From: Candidatus Hodarchaeota archaeon
GTDB lineage: Archaea; Asgardarchaeota; Lokiarchaeia; Sigyniarchaeales; SOKP01
Assembly (NCBI GenBank): GCA_048886685.1
Contig: JBHLKM010000001.1
Coordinates: forward strand, 320,001 to 384,000
Length of the DNA stretch: 64,000 nt
Direction of reading: 5' to 3'
A model generated the notes under the pieces. The model searched no databases. It was not told where the DNA came from and saw only the letters and a program-made list of their open reading frames with translations. Position numbers and translations under genes: made by a program. This document shows positions 11,019-21,403 of this stretch, one piece after another (within the stretch, counting starts at the first letter, position 1; each line of letters begins with the position of its first letter).

Positions 11019-14000
11019 TTATTTTAATTTCCATTGTTTCCTACCCATTTTTATATCAACTAAAACCTCTCCCTTCCGCTCCAATTCTTTGAGTTTAAGT
11101 TGAAGATACCTCGCATCCATCATGTCTTTTATTTTTAACTTAAAAATAAGATGTTTTATAGTTTGCCATTCGTATGTTAACACATTTAGTATTCTATCAG
11201 TGGTTATAATTGGTAGCGTAGTTTGAGTTGATTTTGGTTTTGAAGGTGTCGGTCGGGGTTTGATGCTTACAGGTTTTTGCTTTACTGCAACTTTGACTAG
11301 TTTAGGTTTTGCTGTAATGATTTCTGATACTTTAGGTTTAGGTACTTCTGGTTTATGCGAAATTTTTTCAACTGTAAAAGATTCTAATATTTTTTCAATT
11401 ATCTCATTTTTCCTTGCTTTAGAATGTATTCTAATTTCTTTTTGTTCGCAATATTCCTTTAGTTCTTTGATTGTCCAATTATTTAAAGTCTTTTTAGAAA
11501 TTGTTTCTTTCTCGACAATAGGTTTCTTTATAGGGGATACTTCTTTTATTACAATAGGTTCTTCCTTCACTTCTTTTTCTACTTCTACTTTTTCAATCTC
11601 AGGCTTTTCAGGTCCCTCTATCTCAAGTTTTTCAGGCTCCTTTATCTCGGGTTTTTCAAGCATCAATTCAGGTTCAATCATAGGGACTGGTTTTTTTCCA
11701 ATTGCGCCCTTCATCAAATTTATGATTTCTTCAAGTTTGAGTTCAGATTTATATTTACTCTCTCCTTTGGATGCGATATTATAAACACTTTCTGCAAAAA
11801 TGGGGATATATTTTTCAATCAAACTAGCTCTTTTTTCAGTTTGACGAAGACTTGCTTTTCTATTAAGATATATCCTTAATCTTCGCCCTATTGATTCAAG
11901 GCAGAATTTTATTTCTTTGATTAAATCCTCATCATCAGCTAATGCATTTTTCGATTGAGATTTGAACATAAGATGTACAAATGGTCCAGAAACATTCACC
12001 AGTAATTTTATTGGTCCTTTTGGTAAGCCATTATCATAAGTTTCAAGTTTATAATTTTTCCAATTTACTGATTGAACTGCTTTCGTTATAGCGCAATCTG
12101 CACTGTCCCTTAATTTAGGAGTTCTATTCACAAATCTGGATAATACATCTCTAGAACGTTTTGGAACTTCAATATTTCTTGAATGTGCCATAACAGCCTC
12201 TACCACATAGGCCAATCCTTTTCCGCTTGTGGGTGCTCTAGTTTCTGCTGCTACAAAATCATCATCTTTTCCATAACTTTCAATAAAATATTCAAATACT
12301 TGTTGATAGCTATCTATTGAATCCTCTTCAGTAAAGACTATAAGATCATTAATTGATTGCTGAATTTGGGAGGATTCTAATTTTTCATCGACTATATCAA
12401 TAGTTCCTATTATCTCAGAACTCAAATTGACAATTTCTTCTGAATCTACTGAAATATCATTAATTATTTCAGTACTAATTTTAGGATCTTCATCTAATAA
12501 AGTTTTTTTCTTATCTTCAATTATTATATCCCCCGTTTGACTTAATATTTCTATTGGTTCATCAAAATTATCAATACCCTGAGAAATTTTTAATCCTATT
12601 TCCTTTATCAATGTATTTTCTAATATTGATTCACCTACAGGAATCGCTGTGTCTGTGGGAGGCGCCATGTATTTCATTGATTTAAAAGCAAGAAAAAGAG
12701 AGTTAAATTGTTCCTTTGTTAACTCAATTGGTTTTGCTTTAGAGATTTGAACTTTCTGAACTAAATCTTCAAATTCATTTCTATTTTTAATCTTTTTAAG
12801 TTCCAATAAACCACTTTTATTTAAGGCTAATAGCCCGTTTAATTCAAGTTTAATCTTTTCCTTTTCTTCACTAATTTCATCTATATTTTTCAACAATTTT
12901 TTAATTTCTTTTTCATAATTTTTTCGTTCTTTAATTGTCTCAACCTTTTCAATGTATTTATTTAGGGTTTTTATTTCTTTATTAATTTTTTCATGGTTTT
13001 TCTCATTTTTTGTATAGGTGGAGATTAAATCCCAATATTTCTCTTTAAGCTCCTCAGAAGTTATTTGGTATATTATTAATTTGTCCCTCATTTTGGTAGA
13101 ACGACCGTAAACTCTTTTTTCCATTACAAGATAATAAACTTGTTCAGTTTTTTTCTTAATTTTACTTACAAACCCATCCTTAAGGATTAGAAGATTAAAT
13201 TTATCCTGGAGATCCTTTTCAGCCATATCAATAATTTCCTTAGCTGTTTTTGAACTAATTCGTACAAAATTATCTTTTAGGAATGCTGAAAGGGATTTAT
13301 TTTCTGATTTAGCAACTAAATCTTGGAGATCACCAATATTAACTGATGATGGATGAGGTTTTGCATATTTTGGTTCTTTTGGAAAAGCAGAAGCTAGACG
13401 GCGATAAATTTTTTCTTTACCATCGGGATCGATGTAGATTACTGTGATATGTGGGTTCATAAAGGCGGTTTCTTCAATATATTTTTCAACATACCCTTTA
13501 ACATATTTAACATTTAAGTAATTCAACTTTACGTAAGTCCCATGTAAGAATGGACTGTCAATATCAGTTGGATGTATTAGATATTTCTTTTCGTTCTTAG
13601 ATGTGGTAAAAAATTCATTAACTGTAGCATAAACATTTTCAGAGGACTTAGAGACTGCAACAATGGGTCTACCAGTAGTATTTTGAGCATCGCTAAAGGC
13701 GCTTGGGGCTCCAAATCCTTGGCTACCTCTTGTTTGTTTTAATTCCATTGATTTTGATGAGGCAAGATACCTTCCAAATTTTCTCAAATCGATTTTTGAC
13801 ATCCCGGTTCCATTATCAAAAATCTCAAATGTATAACTCATTACATTTTTCTGACTTATCTCTGAGGTTAAGAGTGATGGCGCTTCATATTCTCTTATAC
13901 GTACTATAACAATAGGTTCTACATCAATAATATTTTCAACAGGTTTAATGATTTCTTGCATATCATCGATGATTCTTTGTACTTCTTCTTCTATCTCCAA

Positions 14001-14411
14001 CTCATTTTCATTACTTATTTCCCCAGATTCCTCTTCCTTTATTTCTGGTTCTATTATAATAGGTTCTTCTGAATCCTGTGTCTCAATACCTAATTCTTGC
14101 ATTAATGTGTGTTTAGCTTCATTGTCTAAATGTTGCGTCTTTTTTTCCTCCTTTGCTGCTTCAACAATAGAAAATTTTTCTAAAAATAGTTCTTGATCCA
14201 AAGAAAACTTAATTTTTGAATCTGGTTTTTCTAATTCTCTCCATTGGAAACTTTCGATGGCATCAAGCGCATTATCTATAAATTCTGCACAATATTGAAC
14301 GTGCTTCCAATACCCAAACTCAAAACCAACTAATTGGGTACGCTTTCGCATATATTCTGCTATTGTACCTTGCTTTATTTTGCCTTCTTCTTTTGTTGTA
14401 ATTTTTAACAC
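11019..14411 (-). CDS. top6B: DNA topoisomerase VI subunit B, expanded (1130 aa), with C-terminal SAP/HeH-like and winged-helix domains
   Basis: GHKL motifs EFIDNALDA, DNGTG, TRGSQGFG; also KPHP, RFVNRTP, WKNYKL, FKSQSK. Adjacent to top6A. Confidence 0.95.
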   Translation of the reverse strand: MLKITTKEEGKIKQGTIAEYMRKRTQLVGFEFGYWKHVQYCAEFIDNALDAIESFQWRELEKPDSKIKFSLDQELFLEKFSIVEAAKEEKKTQHLDNEAKHTLMQELGIETQDSEEPIIIEPEIKEEESGEISNENELEIEEEVQRIIDDMQEIIKPVENIIDVEPIVIVRIREYEAPSLLTSEISQKNVMSYTFEIFDNGTGMSKIDLRKFGRYLASSKSMELKQTRGSQGFGAPSAFSDAQNTTGRPIVAVSKSSENVYATVNEFFTTSKNEKKYLIHPTDIDSPFLHGTYVKLNYLNVKYVKGYVEKYIEETAFMNPHITVIYIDPDGKEKIYRRLASAFPKEPKYAKPHPSSVNIGDLQDLVAKSENKSLSAFLKDNFVRISSKTAKEIIDMAEKDLQDKFNLLILKDGFVSKIKKKTEQVYYLVMEKRVYGRSTKMRDKLIIYQITSEELKEKYWDLISTYTKNEKNHEKINKEIKTLNKYIEKVETIKERKNYEKEIKKLLKNIDEISEEKEKIKLELNGLLALNKSGLLELKKIKNRNEFEDLVQKVQISKAKPIELTKEQFNSLFLAFKSMKYMAPPTDTAIPVGESILENTLIKEIGLKISQGIDNFDEPIEILSQTGDIIIEDKKKTLLDEDPKISTEIINDISVDSEEIVNLSSEIIGTIDIVDEKLESSQIQQSINDLIVFTEEDSIDSYQQVFEYFIESYGKDDDFVAAETRAPTSGKGLAYVVEAVMAHSRNIEVPKRSRDVLSRFVNRTPKLRDSADCAITKAVQSVNWKNYKLETYDNGLPKGPIKLLVNVSGPFVHLMFKSQSKNALADDEDLIKEIKFCLESIGRRLRIYLNRKASLRQTEKRASLIEKYIPIFAESVYNIASKGESKYKSELKLEEIINLMKGAIGKKPVPMIEPELMLEKPEIKEPEKLEIEGPEKPEIEKVEVEKEVKEEPIVIKEVSPIKKPIVEKETISKKTLNNWTIKELKEYCEQKEIRIHSKARKNEIIEKILESFTVEKISHKPEVPKPKVSEIITAKPKLVKVAVKQKPVSIKPRPTPSKPKSTQTTLPIITTDRILNVLTYEWQTIKHLIFKLKIKDMMDARYLQLKLKELERKGEVLVDIKMGRKQWKLK

Positions 14412-14655
14412 GCTCTTGTTCTTTTATCTCATTAATCTTTTAAACTAAATAATTATATAAATACGTTTAGTGATCATTTTTTGTCATATTGTAACAAATA
14501 TAAACTAAACATCTTGGTCTTTTACAAACTGTAGAATCTTCACTTACTTCTTCACTTTTTACTGTAATTAAATTAGTATTTAAATATTTTCCTTAAATAG
14601 AAAATTAAAACAGAAATTTAATTACTAATAAGCAAGAAATTAGAAACTTTAGGTA

Positions 14656-15945
14656 TTAATCGGATTTAGAATCTTTAATTTTTTCAGCTTCTAAAGCAAC
14701 ATCAAGAATTTTAGATGCGATATATCTTTTAGTGTTTCTCTCAACATGAGTAATATGTTTTTTGTTATCTATAATATATACTTCGTTGTATTTGCTGCTA
14801 AATCCAATATCTTCTCTACCGATATCATTTGCAACAATCAAATCTACTTCAGATTTCTTAAGTCTATTATATGCTCTGTTTATTAATTCTGTTCTGGAAA
14901 CGTTTGATTCCGCTTTGAATGCAACGATAAATAAATTATAATCCTTTTTTCTTGCTACATTTATGATTTTTGGTGTGAGCTTCATATTAAGTTGTATCTC
15001 TTCTACATTGTCAGAAGAAATCTTACCTTCAATACATTCTATTGGTTTGTAATCACTAATAGCAGCAGCAGATATAAAAAAGTCATAACTTTTATATGAG
15101 ATTTCATCTTTGACAGCTTTAATAAAGTCTTCAGTAGATATAACGTGAATCGTTTCAATATATTCAGGGAGTTTAGCTCTACATTCTCCTGCAATTAATA
15201 TTACTTCAGCACCTCTAGCAGCAGCTTCTTTTGCTATTTCTATTCCCATTTTTCCAGATGACTTATTTGAAACGAATCGAACAGAATCAATGGCTTCTCT
15301 AGTTGGTCCAGCAGTGATTAGCACTTTTTTGCCTTCATAATCTTTTTTAGTAACCAAAATATCAATGACTCTATCAATAATATCATCAATTCGGGCAATT
15401 TTTGCTTTTCCCTCTGAAATTCTTGGTCTTAAAATCTCCACTCCGCATTCTCTCAATTTACTTTCATTTTCTTTAAGAATTGGATGTTTGTACATACTCT
15501 CGTGCATTGCTGGTACAATAACAATAGGTATAGAAGACCCAAATGCGGTTGATGTGACTGTTGTTACAGGGGTATCATCAATACCACAAGCTATTTTTGA
15601 GATCGTATTTGCTGTAGCAGGACAAATTAAAATAATATCTGCCTTTCCCACAGTTTTTGGTCTATCACCCGCTAGATAAATATGTTCAACTGCTCCAGTC
15701 AAATTAGTAATTACTTTATTTCCTGTTGCCCATTCCATTAATGAAGGATTTAATAGTTCTGTTGCTGCCTTTGACATAACACAAATCACTTCAGCACCTA
15801 ACCTCATAAGTTCTCGTGCTACTATTGGGGAGGATATAACTGCAACTGAGCCAGTTAAACACATACAAACAGTCTTTCCTCTTAAAATAGTCCCCTTACT
15901 TTCTACTATATCCTTAGAAGGATGTTGAAAATTATTTTTTTTCAT
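14656..15945 (-). CDS. coaBC: Bifunctional phosphopantothenoylcysteine decarboxylase/synthetase
   Basis: TGSVA, PATANTISK, PAMH, ITAGPTREAIDSVRFVSNKSSGKMG, AAISDY, FKAE, IVAND. Confidence 0.96.
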   Translation of the reverse strand: MKKNNFQHPSKDIVESKGTILRGKTVCMCLTGSVAVISSPIVARELMRLGAEVICVMSKAATELLNPSLMEWATGNKVITNLTGAVEHIYLAGDRPKTVGKADIILICPATANTISKIACGIDDTPVTTVTSTAFGSSIPIVIVPAMHESMYKHPILKENESKLRECGVEILRPRISEGKAKIARIDDIIDRVIDILVTKKDYEGKKVLITAGPTREAIDSVRFVSNKSSGKMGIEIAKEAAARGAEVILIAGECRAKLPEYIETIHVISTEDFIKAVKDEISYKSYDFFISAAAISDYKPIECIEGKISSDNVEEIQLNMKLTPKIINVARKKDYNLFIVAFKAESNVSRTELINRAYNRLKKSEVDLIVANDIGREDIGFSSKYNEVYIIDNKKHITHVERNTKRYIASKILDVALEAEKIKDSKSD

Positions 15946-16547
15946 TTTTTTGAGAATTTTATTATCTATTTCTCAATTTAACTTTCAGAATCTATTAAAG
16001 ATAAAATTTATGCAAAATAAAAAGATATTCATATAAAAAAAATAAGTATCTATTATTCCTTTGCTAAGATTTTAATAAAATTAGAATAGATATTAATTTT
16101 CTCTGATCTCTATATTTCTAATTATTTTAGTGGATTTTAAATATTTTAAGCGCAATTATAATACAATTTTTCACAAAATTGATTGATAAGTAATGCAAAA
16201 GATATGTGATCTACATATTCATATTGAACTACTACTATCTAAAGGCAAGTAGCTTCTTCTTTCCTTAAGAATTGCTGATTAATCAGTCTTACATTCTCTC
16301 TAAAAGCAAACCCCGTAGTTCCTACGGTTCTATCATTATTTTTAATGATCTTGATATGGTTCTTCTTCAAAATTTCTATACCTTTACTTCGAATATTAAT
16401 AGAAGCATTAATTTGGGAGGGAAGAAATAACTTTGAAGGTATATCTGAAGATTTAGTCAATGCAATAAATAGAATTAGGGAATAAAATTTTTGGTTTGTA
16501 CTTGGGTATGATGCAAATTGTGGAAAGTTTCAATTTAATGCCTAAAA

Positions 16548-18902
16548 CTATACTTTGATAATTTCATCAATAATCATTAGATTCAAATTCAATTTCAAGG
16601 CAAAATCTTGGAATTTTTTAAATTTTTCTGGTTTAATAGATAATAATGCTTCAAAGTGTAATATGTTCGAGAATTTTTGACCGTAATAAGTCTTTTTAAT
16701 TTCAGAGATGTTATATCGTGGTCCATTACCATCATTAAATCTTACTATTCGGGTTGATTCAAATTCTTCTTTCCTAATCTTTAAAATCTTATCAGCATAT
16801 TTAAAAAATTGAGTGTTCCTTAATTTCTTTAAGTCAAAAATCTTGGTACTTCCAAGATCCCGTTTATTTAAAATTTCTTTTATAAATAGATGGGTTCTAT
16901 TTAAGAATTCTGTTCTAAATTCATTTAAATTCATATCTGGATGAAGAATATCTTTTGAGATTTCTGAATAAGGTAAGGTTAATCCATTTAATTCATTAGT
17001 TAAACCTAGTAATATAAGGATTTGATCAGATTTGCTTTCAAAATCTGACTTTATTTCTTCAAAAATATATTCCTTCTCTTTAAAAATAAAATTAAATAGA
17101 AATTCTCTAAAGGCTTGAACGAATTGAGTATAATTAGGGATAAATGATTTATTTTCGTTATTGGTAATTATTTCATTAGCGTGAAATGGACTCATTTCTT
17201 TATTAATTACGGCTCTTACAAGGGATAAAGGATAATATCCTTCTATAAAGGTCATACCTTTCGCAACACTTATAATGGCATCTTTGAAAGAACATTTAGT
17301 GATAATATTAACTATTTTAATTATATTGCTTTCAATTTTAACTGGAGTTTTCTTACAATAACAAAGATCAAATGGTTTTAGATCATGAAATAAGGGATTA
17401 TTTTGATCCGGTATAATTATTTGAGAACCGTAGGCATTCACAATACTACCTTGAATTGGTTTGTTAGCTAGGTCCCATTCAATGATAATAACATCCTCAG
17501 AATATTTCTGTTCATCCTCATAGCTAAATTCAATATTTTTTGTTAGTAAAGAGAATCCATCAATTGGATTAATTAAATTATCAGAATCTCCCCAAAATTG
17601 GGTTTTATAATAATTTACATCCTGAAAAGTACTTATATCGTCCAAAAACAGTTCCTTCATAATAAAATAATTAATACCAATTTCGGAAGACTTGATAGTT
17701 TGTTCATTTAGCCCAAAAAAGCCAATACGAGATATTATGTAACTGTATACAGGTTTTTCTAAATTATCATCAAGGTGGTTTACAATATATGCATTTCTTT
17801 TTTTTCTAAATTCTCCATTTGTTTTTTTTATATTATATTTTTCTATTAGTAATTTCAAAAAGGCAAATTTTTTCAAATATAATTTTTTTTCAAGATGTTT
17901 TATTTCTGTTTTGTATTTCTTATATTCACTAAGAAACTTATCTTTAGGAATTTCTATAATCTGAAATTGCCTTTTCAATAGCTTTAATTTATCAATTAAA
18001 CAAAAACTATCAATTTCAGACAAAAAATAATTTAATAATTTACTTTTTAATGAATTTAGTTGATCTTGGGTAAAGATTCCCTTAAAATTGGGATTATACT
18101 TAATTAATTCCCTATTATTCTTTTTAATAAGATAGATTGAAAAGTAATTCTCATTAAAATAAGAACTATTAACCAATTTCTTTAGTTTATCAAAATAGGG
18201 AGCAATAAATGAAACATTTCTAAAATTTAGAATAGAATCAATTGATTCAATAATTCTAAGGATGTTAAAAAATGAATATTCATGAATAACATTTAAAAAT
18301 TTTTTAAATCCTATGTTCACAATTTCATCGAATTTAAAGATATCTTTAGAGCCATTTTCATATCCATGTTTTAAGAACTCAAAAAATTCAATAAATAAAT
18401 TATTCTCGGTTGCAATCGTTAAATAATCCTTTATAGCAGATTCATTTTCAAATTGACTAATAATTGCCTTTTTCAAATAGTTGAGTGCTTCAACACAATT
18501 ATTGTTCTCAATACAATTATTGGCTAATAATTGATAATTTTTACCCTTTTTTTTAGAGCCAAAATCATCAGATGTAAGATTATATCCCTCCATGTTCTTT
18601 AATATTTTCTCAGAATGTTGTTTATTAATGATTGAGAGCAATTTAATAAAATGGACACAGATTTTTTTATCCTTCTCTGAATGAATCAAGAAAAGAGGGC
18701 AATCGTGAAAAATTTCATTTTTTTTCTCATTTATTATAAGGTGATATTCACGGTCATTATCCAAGATAATGCTTCTGATCTTTAGTGGATCTTCTCGTAA
18801 ATAGAAAACATTTATCTTATTTCTAGGAAATTTAAGAGTTTTTTGATAGAGGTTTAAGCCAAATTTATCGATTATTAAACTTGAAGTTGATTTAGTTGTC
18901 AT
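16548..18902 (-). CDS. SWIM-type zinc finger protein (784 aa)
   Basis: N-terminal HDCP-x12-CVH variant of the SWIM motif; third gene of the MoxR-VWA operon. Confidence 0.7.
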   Translation of the reverse strand: MTTKSTSSLIIDKFGLNLYQKTLKFPRNKINVFYLREDPLKIRSIILDNDREYHLIINEKKNEIFHDCPLFLIHSEKDKKICVHFIKLLSIINKQHSEKILKNMEGYNLTSDDFGSKKKGKNYQLLANNCIENNNCVEALNYLKKAIISQFENESAIKDYLTIATENNLFIEFFEFLKHGYENGSKDIFKFDEIVNIGFKKFLNVIHEYSFFNILRIIESIDSILNFRNVSFIAPYFDKLKKLVNSSYFNENYFSIYLIKKNNRELIKYNPNFKGIFTQDQLNSLKSKLLNYFLSEIDSFCLIDKLKLLKRQFQIIEIPKDKFLSEYKKYKTEIKHLEKKLYLKKFAFLKLLIEKYNIKKTNGEFRKKRNAYIVNHLDDNLEKPVYSYIISRIGFFGLNEQTIKSSEIGINYFIMKELFLDDISTFQDVNYYKTQFWGDSDNLINPIDGFSLLTKNIEFSYEDEQKYSEDVIIIEWDLANKPIQGSIVNAYGSQIIIPDQNNPLFHDLKPFDLCYCKKTPVKIESNIIKIVNIITKCSFKDAIISVAKGMTFIEGYYPLSLVRAVINKEMSPFHANEIITNNENKSFIPNYTQFVQAFREFLFNFIFKEKEYIFEEIKSDFESKSDQILILLGLTNELNGLTLPYSEISKDILHPDMNLNEFRTEFLNRTHLFIKEILNKRDLGSTKIFDLKKLRNTQFFKYADKILKIRKEEFESTRIVRFNDGNGPRYNISEIKKTYYGQKFSNILHFEALLSIKPEKFKKFQDFALKLNLNLMIIDEIIKV

Positions 18903-18909
18903 TTTAATA

Positions 18910-21399
18910 TTAAAATCTTGACTTAATTATTTCTGAGATTAATTTGGGAAATTCATTCCAATCTTTTATAGTTAGTAATTGCCCTCCTACAACTTTTATC
19001 ATTTTATTCGCTTCCTTTAAGTTGTAAGAGGTTTCAGGACAAACTAGAATGAAGTCTACTCCTTGAGACCTCATTATCCTAAATTCTTGTAGGGCATCTT
19101 GAAGATCAAAGATTTCAGCATCTGTAAACAAAACATTTAATTTTTCTCGTGAATAGGAATGCTCTTTAAATTGTTTATTTGCCCACTCAAGAGCACTTTG
19201 TATTTTAGTCCCTCCTCGGGCAGATACTGAAAGTAACTCATCAGCTAATTTATCTAGATCGATTTTTTGATTAAGTTCTTTTAATACATGTGTGTTAGAT
19301 TCAAAAAATGTAATTCCTAGTTCATCCTTACGTAATCCATAACACAGCATAGTCACACAAATAGCCATGTATGCAAGTTTTTCTCCAGTCATACTGCCTG
19401 AAATATCGAGCTCAAAACATGCTGTTCTGAGACCCTTAGCAGTTTCAAAGACGAAAAAATCATCATATTCAATATGGTCTAATTTTTTCCCTTTCTCTAA
19501 TATATTATAAATTGTTTCTTCAAGGTCTATATTTTCAAAATCATCCCCGATTGAAAAGGGTCTTACTATATTTATTGGAATAGGACCGGTTGTGGAGCTG
19601 CCTAAACGCGCCCGTGAATAATAAATTCCTAATTCAATCAAAACTTTCTTTGCTAATTCTTTTACTTTTTGTTTAGCAATTTCAGGCAATCTTGTTCTAT
19701 GCATAAACCATTGTTTAAGTAAGTTTTCCCCACCACCCGCAGAAAGGCAAGATATCATTTTGTCTTGTGCTTCCTTACCACCGATTTGTTGAGCTTCTTT
19801 TAATGCATCACTTAAATTGAAATTACCTATTGCTCCTAAAGCTTCTCTATTATCAGAGGCTAAAGCACTAGCGATTAAATCTCTAAATCTCTCTGGGTTT
19901 AATTGATCTTTGATCTGATTCATTAGGTTACTTAGACGCTGAAAGTCTGCAGCTTTTTTATCCACTAATTTTTTTAGTAACTGATAATTCGGTTCAATTA
20001 ATTCATAAATATCTTCTTCACTCATCTGGAGTTTCTTGCCAATTTTTTTTATATCTCCTGATTGTGGATTTAATCCAATCTTTCTCAGAAATTCAGTCGC
20101 ATTTTTTAATTGATAAGGAGCTTCACAAGATTCTAAAGTTAACGCAGTTAATTCAGGAAGAGTTTGTGCTATTTTTTGACTGCAATGTAAATTTTGACAA
20201 CTATTCGAGAGTTGTTGAAGTTGATGCGAGAGGGATTTAAAAGCTTCAAATTTCTTATTTTGATGCATTGCCTCTTTTATTGCATTTTTAAGTGCTTGAT
20301 TGAACAGAGAATTCCATGATTTATTTGCAAATGCACCTTTAGTTAAAGATTCAAGTGAAAGATTCTTTTTGAAATCATCATTTTGTTGATTAATTTTATC
20401 AAGCAATGAATTTCTAAGGTTAGTGCCATAATATTGATCTAGCGAGTTTGCTAAATTAAAATTATGCTCAAATGAAGAACTTTGTAGAGAGTTATTTAAA
20501 ATATCATCTAAATTAAAATTTGGTGCTTCTCCTAATGTTTTAGCGGCATTAAACAATTGGTCTAAATTTTGAATTTGATTTTTTAAATCATTTTTTAATT
20601 TTTGTAAGGAATCTTTAGAGATTGCGTTTGTTTTGTCAAGAAATTTAATGGTTTGAATTAAATCTTCCAACTTGTTTGATTTAATTAACTCATCTAAGTC
20701 CATAGAAATATCTTGATTAGCAAGTGCTTTACTTGTTAATTTCTCCCAAGATCGTTTGGAGCTTTCTTGAATTAAATCATTTAAACCCAGTGAATTGCCT
20801 GCTCTTAAATCCTTAGGATCCAGAGAATTAATTCTTTGAACTAGCTTTTTTTGTGCCTCCTCAAGTAATTTATTAAAGGAATTTATTTCCTCTTTATATA
20901 ATTCAGAATCATCATTAAAAAAATTTAACGCAGCTTCTATTAGAGTTTCATTTCTCCTTTGGTTTAATGTTTCCATAAATTGTTCCATTTCTTCGATCAT
21001 GTTAGTATCTATAGATTTAGACAACTCGATTTCATCGATTAAATCTTGTAACCTATCTAATTCTGATTTTACTTCTTCATTTACAGTATTATCTTCAATT
21101 TCAATCATTTCGTTGTCATTAAAGAAAGATTTCATGATATTTTTTTTATAATTTGGAAATAAGACCTCAAAAGCAATTTCTTTTGCCAAGTTTTGATTAT
21201 CTGGAAATGATGTAACAGCACTAATTTCAATATAGTCATTTGGAGTTATAGAACCCTTACGATAATATCGAGAAATTATTAATTTAGGGATTGATAAAAC
21301 TTGTCTTGAAGATGGAATCTGAACGATATCTGGGTGGTTTCTCATCCTTCTAATAAATTCTACCGCAAATTCACATGGATTCTCAGGAAAAATCCCCAA
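18910..21399 (-). CDS. VWA (MIDAS) domain protein, CoxE-like partner of MoxR
   Basis: C-terminal IDLEETI, DISGSM (MIDAS), GGTKI, FTDAE. Confidence 0.88.
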   Translation of the reverse strand: MGIFPENPCEFAVEFIRRMRNHPDIVQIPSSRQVLSIPKLIISRYYRKGSITPNDYIEISAVTSFPDNQNLAKEIAFEVLFPNYKKNIMKSFFNDNEMIEIEDNTVNEEVKSELDRLQDLIDEIELSKSIDTNMIEEMEQFMETLNQRRNETLIEAALNFFNDDSELYKEEINSFNKLLEEAQKKLVQRINSLDPKDLRAGNSLGLNDLIQESSKRSWEKLTSKALANQDISMDLDELIKSNKLEDLIQTIKFLDKTNAISKDSLQKLKNDLKNQIQNLDQLFNAAKTLGEAPNFNLDDILNNSLQSSSFEHNFNLANSLDQYYGTNLRNSLLDKINQQNDDFKKNLSLESLTKGAFANKSWNSLFNQALKNAIKEAMHQNKKFEAFKSLSHQLQQLSNSCQNLHCSQKIAQTLPELTALTLESCEAPYQLKNATEFLRKIGLNPQSGDIKKIGKKLQMSEEDIYELIEPNYQLLKKLVDKKAADFQRLSNLMNQIKDQLNPERFRDLIASALASDNREALGAIGNFNLSDALKEAQQIGGKEAQDKMISCLSAGGGENLLKQWFMHRTRLPEIAKQKVKELAKKVLIELGIYYSRARLGSSTTGPIPINIVRPFSIGDDFENIDLEETIYNILEKGKKLDHIEYDDFFVFETAKGLRTACFELDISGSMTGEKLAYMAICVTMLCYGLRKDELGITFFESNTHVLKELNQKIDLDKLADELLSVSARGGTKIQSALEWANKQFKEHSYSREKLNVLFTDAEIFDLQDALQEFRIMRSQGVDFILVCPETSYNLKEANKMIKVVGGQLLTIKDWNEFPKLISEIIKSRF

Positions 21400-21403
21400 A
21401 AAT

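Noticed and set aside
12270-14250. TopoVIB insertions as possible inteins
   Set aside because: No Cys/Ser start block, HN end or LAGLIDADG motifs.
16239-16460. 73-aa ORF downstream of the SWIM gene
   Set aside because: TTG start and no convincing motif. It may be a gene remnant, but I cannot support a call.
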